Below, piece by piece: positions 54,701 to 64,000 of a stretch of DNA of 64,000 bases (position 1 is its first letter; each line of letters starts with the position of its first letter). The stretch is from Acanthaster planci (Eukaryota). Below the pieces are notes generated by a model, which was not told where the DNA came from, ran no database searches, and worked only from the letters and a program-made list of their open reading frames with translations. A program made the translations under genes and the position numbers. Location: positions 2,338,114-2,402,113 of the forward strand of contig NW_019091357.1 of NCBI RefSeq assembly GCF_001949145.1, in the 5' to 3' direction.

Positions 54701-57700
54701 AGACTGTAAATTCCCTTTGAGTGCGAAGTCGTGTCGTCAGAAAACGCAACAGTAAATACGGGATGACACGCCCGCCAACCGTGAAAGTCGCCGCTGCCGC
54801 GCTGCGTGCAAAGTACCAACAAGAGAATTAGTTGAACATATGGCATTTTGATCCTGTGTTCACAGTGACTGGTACAGAAGTTATGTGTCTCTTGTCCCGG
54901 AGGGAAAAAAAAAAGATCAGTAGAGAGCTAAATTGCCAGAAAATTCGCTGTTTGAATTCGAACTAGAAAGATCCGGGTTTCAATTGTGCTTAATTCAACC
55001 TGCGGGCGATTGGCTACATCCTTGTCAGGCGATACCTTTTTAATGTGAATCAATTAACAACAGGTGTTCGGTGCATAATTAGGGTTGAAAACAGTGAAAC
55101 GAAAGCCGGCTGTAGGAAGCAAGAGCTCAATACGGTGTGTCCTGTTTGAAGTTTGAAGCAACTCCTAGGTCTAAGAGTCAGTGTCATCGTTACGGTCACC
55201 ATGTTTCGATAAAAATGAAGAGGCACGAAGGTTATCCCCTTGACCGCTGTAAACAAGTGTGATATTGACTTGTGCGTCTCGTCTCAAATACAACCAAACA
55301 GTAGGGTTCCCCCTGGGTCCAGTTGGTCCATGTAACGCAGTGATGGAAAATGTTCCCCATTCTCACAACAACGTGTCCGTCGTGTGATGATTTTCCAGAC
55401 CACGGGTTATATACCATGTCCGAAACGCGCTTCCAGAGCTACGGCTATGTCTACTCGTCTCTGTGTATTTCCAATGGCGTGAAGACCTAGACCTAGCTCC
55501 ACGTCTAGACAACAGATTGGGATGCGGCCTGTGTATGGAGGCCAAGTGCCTTTTAGCATCAGGCTGAAACATTTCACGTGTGAAAGATGCGACTTGTTTA
55601 CTCCGAGACGTCCCTGAGACAAACCAGCGACGTGACGATGTCGGCCAGCCATTGTCAAAGCCACGGGGACTGGCTAGTGTCACCGCGTCTCGACGCCAAC
55701 CACAAGCCGGAAATGAGCAGTAAAGCCCCACACCATTTTTTAGAAGCTTCTACTCTGTTTCTCTCTTGCCGGTTCAAACGACGACAAGGGCATTCCACCT
55801 GTTCCCCCCTCCCCCGTGCTAACGACATTGTATTAATAATCGGCTGTAATGAAGGAGGCATCCGGCAGAGATACGTATTTGTCTGAGAGAAACACAGCGT
55901 GAGTGATGATGAGCAAAATCGTTTGACTAATACCGGACATAAATCAGTGTGCAGATGCAGAGAGCCGTGCTTGTAATGCAGTGAAAGCCTATGGGTGCTT
56001 TTGAAGTACTTGGTAATTAATGGCCTGTTTCTCAGCGACACATTTTTTTTAAGCATCCTCAATCACAAAATGAATTGAATGACGGGGGCCTGTGCTCTAA
56101 ACAATGGCATTTTGTCTCCCATCCGAAACTAGGATGATTGGGGTTTTTGGGGGGAGGGGGTTGGGTATTTGTAAGTGTGAAACAAACCCGAAAAAAATTA
56201 CATTGATATAAACATGCCGTGACAGTTTGAGGAAAATGCAACAGATCGAAAAGCAAAGGGGCGTCATGAAGTAGTAAAGATATCGTCTCCCTATTTTGTT
56301 TATTTTGTTAATACTAATACAATACGTTCAACGGGGGGTCGGGGTTCGTCCAACATCGGCTCCTCGCCGACATGGCCTATATGGGGATGTTCTTCAATTT
56401 CGTAAGCATGCCTTTTCGAAGACTTGCTTTAGGCTGTTCAACATTGTCCCTCCCCCGGTTGATGTTTGTACACGATCGTGCTGTCGACCTCCCTTTGCAT
56501 TCCTTCAGAATCCTTCTCCCCATATGAGACACCAACTTGCCCTCGGGGCAACGCCGAAATGCCAAAGCCGAGGTTATTTCTCTCCACTATTTTGTTTTAA
56601 AACTCTGGTCCCCCCCAAGAGGGAACCCGGCCAGGGGGAAAGTGAGACCAATTTGGGTTGCCTGTCTGTCGAAAGAGAGAGAGACTTGAACTTGTCAGGG
56701 TTTGGGGCCTTGTCTAAGATGGAGGCGATACGTCACAGGTCAACGACACGCATATCGCTGGGCAGCTCTTACCAGGGATTGCTCCGTCGGATTACCAGCC
56801 AGGTTTGATCCGCCTGCCTGTAGCGGGGAGACTATCCACGTGCTGTCGCCTGGCTTATGTGATTGGACGAAAGTTCTTGGCAAGGTTATCCCATCTCGGA
56901 TCACTACAATGACGGAGCAAGTTACTACAACAAACAATGCCAAACTGGTCGAGGTCTTTCGCCCCCCCCCAGCCGCGCAACCCGTCATCCATCCGTCGAC
57001 AGGGTCTGAACAACAGCCGGACTCCACAATTACGAGAAATTAAGCTCTGCGTTATCGCATGAAGAGGACGCGGGGCGGTCGCCCCTTGTCTTCGTCCGCT
57101 GTGATTGTTCAGGAAAAACTGAGTGTTGAGGAGTCCAGCCGAACAGAAATACACGTGTGCAGGTGATGCCAGCTTGCCTCCTATTAGGCTCTAGGTACAT
57201 GAGGGGCTTCACTCATCGGCTTGTTATTCCGACGGTCAATTTAGCTTCATGTCAACTGCGAGAGGAAATGGCAGCAGACCCAAGCCGAGATCTTCCTCCT
57301 TTTGTCTGCCGTGCGGGCCCAGCTGAAATTAACCTCCAATTTAGGCGTTAGATTTCTTTCTTTCTTTTTTTTTTTAACTGCGTGGCAATTATTTCTCTAG
57401 GCCGTCTGGTGAGGAAGGGTCCGTGGTACTACGTACGAGGAGCTCAGACATTGACGGGAGTTGTTGTTGTTGTTGTCACTGCTGTCGTCCTGACGAATCG
57501 CAGTCTTATCGGCGAGGTTCACATTCATCGCGCCGACACCTTTCACCTGTCCGCGTCAGATTGTGCTCGTTAAGCCAGCTGATGGAGCGGTCGATTGTAC
57601 CGTTTATTGCCCCACTGTCCCCCTCCTATTCAGGGAAGGCAACTCGGGGGCTGTGGCCGAAATGCCCGGCTTTAACTTAAGTCCGACAAATGACGGTGTC

Positions 57701-60107
57701 AGAGTTGCTCCACATTTTGGGCCACTTTTTTCTGATGACCATGATGACAAGGGTTAATCGCATCTGTCCTTGATGAAGCTTAATAGTCATTCATCTTTCA
57801 GAAATGTTTCTCAGAGGTCTCAGGAGGTCAAACGAGCGATTAGCGAGAAATTGTTGGATTCTGGAGGTGATAAATTCGTCGGCCGAATTACGGAGGAATA
57901 TCGTTCATGGCCAAAACGAAACGGATCCATGGAAAGTCCTCAATATAACATTTTGTTGTGGCCATACTCGTATCTCCTAAATTTCTATGCAATTTACAAC
58001 GGACGCCTGACTTCTTATTTAGTGAGTCCATTTGTCAACAAGTGAGTGAATTCATATTTCGGGGACATTTTGGGTCAACTTTTTCCTTTCCCGTGTTTCG
58101 CTGATATGTAGCTGCCCCCCCCTTTCCATCCAACATTTTTGGATCTCCTATTTTTAGGACAGGTGCAACACAAACAAACACAGCCCGAATTCTAGCCACA
58201 GTGCCCCTACAATACCGTCCGCTGTCTCCGGTTAAAACGTTGGCACCCGTAATTCGGCCAGGAATGCCGGGTGAAAGCCCGGCACCGCCCCAGGGCTCGC
58301 GGGCGAAGCTAGCGGGAGGCCCGCCAACCAGCGACCTTGGGTAACCCCCCTACAAAAATAGCTTTTATTTGCTGATAGAAAAATTGGAAGGGGGGGGGAA
58401 TATGGAAAATATCTCAAACCACTGACAGCACATGTTATAGTAGTTACCAACAGGGTGCGTACAGCGATGGCAATGTGTGATTCAAATCAGTTTGTCACGC
58501 GGTAAATGCTGAAAGTTTCCAATTTTCTCCAATTTTCATGTTAAGTTTTCGTGTAATCACGGGCAGAAATCTTTACACTGCAGTGAAAGATTTTTGAATT
58601 AAGAGAATTCGCCTGGAACAGGGTTTCCCATCAGCCTTCGTATAGACACACTCATAAAGGGTTTTTTGAGGGATACCCCCATTTTGAAGAGGTACATACA
58701 CGTATTAAAAAAATCTCGCCAAGTTAACACCTGATTTTTGTTGGCTGAGTATAGATCGTGCTAGACGTAGATGTCGAAATAGTAAACAGGGATGGTGTTT
58801 ATTTTGAAGTCTGGACGCTTTGTCAGTGCTTCGACATATCTTAAAGAACAGTGTTTATGATCGAAATTGTTCAGTGTTGAACGCAGCGAAGACGAGCCCA
58901 GTGTAAAAAAGAGAAGGGGAGAGAGAGTACATGACATTTTATTCCTGGAGCGTTTCGCGTCGTCCCCCCTCACATCACGGGATATGATTGAAACGACTCA
59001 TCAAGGGCTGCCCTGTGATCGTGTCTCCGTCCCGTGACACGTTGCGTGTAGATGTTGAACAAGGCTAGAATGATTAGGCGGTAGATGACTGCGAAAATTG
59101 AATTTCAGATTGCAATCCGCCGGGCTATTCTGTTTCATCTACGATAAGAGCCGTCCTGAAAGGTTGTCATTAGAGATCACTTCATGAAGAGACATCGTGA
59201 GCTTGAACAAATCCACGTAAATGTTATGATCATTGCAAAGGGACGTCTCTATTCATTAAAGGGGCATGTGTCACGTTGAATATTGTAGGCCTGCATACTA
59301 AATCATGTTACACGACTTACGACTGTAGATTCATCACCTACCTTTGGTCAAAGAGGACAAGGAAAATCTCTTCATTACACATGTACCATGTAAAGGATTC
59401 TGGGGATTTTTTATTTAGTTGGACAAGAAAAACCTTCGAACAAAACTCCTTCTTTAAAAAAAAAAAGTCTTGGGACCCTTATTCAAGGCCGATCCCTGAT
59501 CTTACAGCTTAGGTTTTAATTTCTTTTGATAGCCCAGGGGAGGGCGCCCCCACCGAGCGGCCCAGCGTCACCTTTGGCCCGTGTCGGTCACGGCCGACAT
59601 CTTATCCGGCCAGCTTAGCTGGCTGTCGACCCAGACTGCAGTTTGACTTTCACAGAAAAAAACCAACAGGTTTCTGATTTACTGATGCTGGTGTGATGTC
59701 TTTTGGAAATTTGGGATCGATGTGATTGTCATTAGATGATAAAAAAATAAGAGCTTCATTGGAACCCGATCAACTTGATGCGTTACTTGGAAAACCAATA
59801 CGTCAAGAATAAAAAGGTGAAGTATACCAACAAACACTGTTCACTAAACATTTTCCCCGAGCCCTAACCCCCTCGATACTCGAGCTTGCCGGGCCACATA
59901 CCCCGCAGCGCCCATCACAATGCGGTAACGCAGACCCCGTAATCCCTCGCCCAAGAAAGCTGACAATGTCTGTCATCTTCCAGCTTTGAGAACTGGAGGA
60001 ATTTCGCGGTAAATTTAGCCAGAAAACAGTTGTGAAGACAAGAAGGACCAAAGATAAACTCTGGGTCAGGCTATTAAATGAAAGAAAAGAATAGACGCAG
60101 CATTAGG

Positions 60108-60183
60108 AAGTTCAAAGTTAAGTTTTAAGTTCAAAGTTAAGTTTAAAGTTCAAAGTTAAGTTTTAAGTTCAAAGTTAAGTTTT
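60108..60183. repeat. Minisatellite, 19-bp unit AAGTTCAAAGTTAAGTTTW x4
   Basis: Four consecutive copies starting at 60108, 60127, 60146 and 60165, with a single T/A difference. Confidence 0.95.
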
Positions 60184-60345
60184 TTACTTGAAAGTTCTTT
60201 TTGCCGATTTACCTAAATATCAAGTATCTTTGTTTGTATTACTTTTTAAAGTTTTTTTTTACACTGAACAGCGTTTAGTTGTACTTTGGCCCATGCCATT
60301 CTCAGCAGTATAAAGCGAGTGCCCCTCGCCAAGTCTGCCTTGACA

Positions 60346-60361
60346 AGGTCAACCGAGGTCA
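60346..60361 (+). promoter_or_regulatory. Perfect nuclear-receptor DR4 motif AGGTCA-ACCG-AGGTCA (candidate)
   Basis: Exact consensus half-sites. Motif match only; function is untested. Confidence 0.35.
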
Positions 60362-61535
60362 TGCGATTTTCTCAGTCAGAACACCTGGAAGTATTTACAG
60401 CACGGCGATATACCGTGGACGTTATGACCCCCTCCCCCACCTTCTCTGACAAGGAATACCGACATGTACGTTGAACTCGAGCTCTCTTCCACAAGTCTGG
60501 GCAGTTCAGTCGAGTGTTGGGGGGGGAGTCTTTCACTCGCTGCGCATCTGCATGCCAGAATGAAGCCGATCAGGGCTCACTCAGCGGCTGAATTCGTTCT
60601 GCCATACTTCGTTAGGAGCCGGCGAGGCGTACCACCCTCGTCCCCCGCTCACAGGCGAGGCTCGCGTTACAAACTGGGGGAGGGGAGGAACAGACCCCGT
60701 TTGGAGTGTTTTCTGAAGAGTAGCATGTCACCCTTGCCTGGCTCCAAGTGCTTGACTCTTGGGCATTGGTGCCTCGAGGAAATGTCTCGCTCCCCCAGGG
60801 CATCTCAAAGAAATACATCTCAGAAGTCTACTCAACTTGTTCTTGGACCTCATTTTTTTGGGGGGGGGGGAGGGTATCGCCGATTTCTGTTTGCACTTTT
60901 CCAGTCTACTGGAGCACTGCCTCATGGACTTTATCTTTCAAAATGGCAGAGACGTTGCAGTGCAGGCGATACGGTGTAAAGTAAAGGTTGCGTGGGATTT
61001 CTGGTGAGACAATAATGCAATCAACGCCAATTGCGAGAGGTTTGAAACTCTTAACCTAATTTTGCTCTGCCAGAATTGAGTTTGCATTACCACATTTCCT
61101 GCTGTCTTGCTTTAGTTCGGCGGGCCAATTGGTTCTGTCAGGCAAGTCATTTCAAGTGTGACTTCTCCTCGGTCATTGACCCTGTCTTCTACTTCGGGAA
61201 GGCGGGATGCATTCGCATACGATGACTGATGATTTCAAAACAGACGGGTAAAAAAAAAAAAAAAAAAAAACAGTTCAGCTAAATCTACCGAGAGGTGTGA
61301 CGTTGTAATCACAACATCAACCAAATAGGGCCTGCTGGTATTGGATAACTTGTAGACGGGGGCGGTTCGGGGACCTCTTTGAAGGGATACTATTCCCTCT
61401 AGAAAACCGAATCCTGGGCAGAATTCGGGAGGTTTACGGTTACGGATTTTTCTGGCGTGGCCGGTCGATCGATCGTTGAACCCCGCCTTGGTCTTGAAAC
61501 TGAGGAGGGTAATCGCGGCAGAAACAGCGTGGACA

Positions 61536-61732
61536 NNNNNNNNNNNNNNNNNNNNNNNNNNNNNNNNNNNNNNNNNNNNNNNNNNNNNNNNNNNNNNNNN
61601 NNNNNNNNNNNNNNNNNNNNNNNNNNNNNNNNNNNNNNNNNNNNNNNNNNNNNNNNNNNNNNNNNNNNNNNNNNNNNNNNNNNNNNNNNNNNNNNNNNNN
61701 NNNNNNNNNNNNNNNNNNNNNNNNNNNNNNNN
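61536..61732. other. Assembly gap (197 N)
   Basis: Run of N; true length unknown. Confidence 0.99.
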
Positions 61733-64000
61733 GTAAAGCAGAATTCTTGCACAATATTGGCCAGGGGAGTCACGTGACTGATGAGATCATCGTATGCCGA
61801 GGTCCTTGACCGCTCGTATGACCCTGCTAAGCCCCGGCCTCGTCGGCGCCAACCACAGCTGTGTTCACCTGTTGGTCCGTGAGCCAGACTGGAATACACC
61901 TGTCCTCCGGTATTGTTTCAGACGTGCCTCCATTTAGAGAGGTCCTCTTTATCATTTTTTTTTAACTTGGCAGTTTTCCCTCTAGGGTGGATATGGGTAA
62001 TTGCATCTACGTATTGCAGCTTCCCGTGCGCCTTGACTCGCCTACACATGCCTGCATCGGTGAACAAAATACCCGAGGTGTGTGAGTAAAATGCCCAGCG
62101 TGCTGTTTACATTGGTGTCCGATCCCAAACAATTTAAGTCTAAGATTCCCCCACCACGCTCTCTATTTTCCTTGTACAAATTCCATTTGGGACAACTTCA
62201 GGAGTGTGAGTCAGTGTGAAGATTCTACCGAGAGAAATACCGCGAATTCCAAAAGTCGATCTTGCGTTTTTTTCTCTGCCTCGAATGTGGTGTCGATGTT
62301 GGAGTGATCAGATCAGGGCACCGATTGAATCTTACGAGTATGGTGCAAACGAGAACGACAGGACCAGAACGGTGGAATTCCAGCTCACGATCGGAATAGT
62401 AAATTGAGCTGTGGATCCCGGCCGCGTGCATTTTACACACTGTATCGGTTGTTCCGCGCGCTCCTCGGCCAATTACCGAGCAGTGGGGGAGCCGGCCCTG
62501 CCCGAGATTCGATCACAGCTGCCCGGTCAAAAGAGGGCGAGGCACGCTGCCAGTCCGTTTCGATTGACGGTCGGTGATATCGAAGGGTATGGGTTCGGTC
62601 TGTAAGCTGGCTCCCCCCTCATCACGGCCCGGACGAGGCTCGAAGAGACCCCATGCGGGCCAAGAATTCGGGGCTCGGGCGGGGACCTGCGGAGCAGTGG
62701 CCAGGTTTTTTTTTTTTTTTTGGTCACTCTGTTCAGATTGACCTGTTAAGCGATAGCTCCACATCTGTGTAAATACCGTGTCCCACAGCGAGGTTGATAA
62801 CTCAGAAAGGTACACAGCACAGCACTTATTACACCTAGACTGGGCCGGTGGCCGCTAAAACACTGCCAAAGTTTTCCTTGTAGCCACTGTTGTCAAAATT
62901 CCTTTCTTTGTTTTTTTAAACAATATGTATCCCATATTTTACTTCACAAATGTTCGTTCAGTTGCTCTTTGCTCTTACATGCTCTCCTTACCGAGAGACA
63001 CATTGCTGGCGAATGACCAACGAATCAGTGCACCGTTTCGGCTTGATTTTCTGTCGTCACCCCGTTTCGGTCTTGAGGATAGATTGGCCATGTGAGGGCG
63101 CTATTCAAAGATCCCTTTGTGTCGCTTTGACAAACCCGTCCACTTCGGTTCCACTTTTCTTTTGTGACTGTTTGGAGTTAAAGTCTGGCCTACTCGGAAA
63201 CAAGCGATTTCAATGGGGAACGTTTTCTTGTCCGAATGTGTTACAAGCAAGCTTTTTTGAAAGCTAAGATTTCAATCAGCAAGACTTGTCGCAATGAAAT
63301 CCAAGTTTGATCTCTTCTGTGAATTTAAACAGACTCTCCTCCGTCATGCGAAGTTTCACCTAAATTAGCGTTGACGGGTACCGCTTGGGCTCCACATCAA
63401 CCCCCTGCCAATTGGCCAGCGCTTGTTACAGTCGTAATTACCCATTTCATGTGCCGTTCGCATCACCCTACTCTCATCAAACCTGAACCCCCCCCCCCTC
63501 GGTAATCCTACATCACTCGAGTCATGTTGAATTACGAGGGGAGATGGATCAAGTCTGGTTCCGGACTTGCTGACGAGGGTCGGCCAGTCTCCGGGGACTG
63601 CCGTCTTTCATTTCATAACTGGACGCTTTGTATTAAACAGCAGTGAAGTGTTCTCGGGACGAGGTTGAATGCTCGGTTGGAGGCGTGAACTGTTCCCTTT
63701 CGCCAAGTTAATTTGATTTTGCTCAATGTATTCTTTTTCTCCTGTGACTTAGAAGTTAATAAAGAGAGACAGACGTCAAGAAGCCCTTTTGCGAGTTAAA
63801 TTTGATTAAAATCTGTTGCCTGAATTCTTTAAATTCACGTGAGCATAACAAATGTAGTTCTCCATACTAAGACACTGTGGCTATACCTCCGTTATTCGGG
63901 GCAAACGTTTGCTAAGTTACACAAGAGACGCCTGGCAATAATACACTGTTTTCAATGGATTCAAAGGGCACTAAGGAAGTAAGGTCCATTCCAGAGATGG

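Larger units (their letters stand above)
49229..64000 (+). other. TFAP2: TFAP2 intron (phase 2), probably continuing past the window end
   Basis: Starts GTAAGT. No exon encoding the expected AKSKNGG...PAGRRKAA continuation was found by eye; it could be hidden in the N gap. Confidence 0.65.

Noticed and set aside
60108..60183. CRISPR-like array
   Set aside because: Contiguous tandem units without spacers, in a eukaryotic intron.
63652..63668. GGGACGAGGTTG, resembling a MITE terminal repeat
   Set aside because: No matching opposite end found nearby.

Overview
Eukaryotic (metazoan) genomic DNA, not prokaryotic. The window is the interior of one + strand gene, a transcription factor AP-2 (TFAP2) homologue. 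Three spliced coding exons are readable (712-1188, 30955-31018, 49024-49228; 746 coding bp, about 1.2% of the window). They have canonical AG/GT boundaries and intron phases 0/0/1/2 that join into one frame, encoding the PY-motif activation region, the linker and the start of the AP-2 basic DNA-binding domain. Exon 1 lies upstream. The exon expected to begin AKSKNGG was not found, so it lies beyond the window or in the N gap. The introns are very large (29.8 kb, 18.0 kb, probably at least 14.8 kb), CpG-rich, and have few transposons I can recognise: one full-length tRNA-derived SINE with TSD, two TA-flanked MITE-like inverted-repeat elements, one possible hAT-like MITE, a 19-bp minisatellite and microsatellites. 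Undepleted CpG, frequent poly-C/G tracts and the protein sequence suggest an invertebrate, possibly an echinoderm-like deuterostome (inference only). Nearly all ORFs in the supplied track look spurious. I found no convincing novel system. The best leads are a NAGNAG acceptor, several perfect nuclear-receptor elements, a 169-nt fold-back element and candidate intronic cis-regulatory modules.
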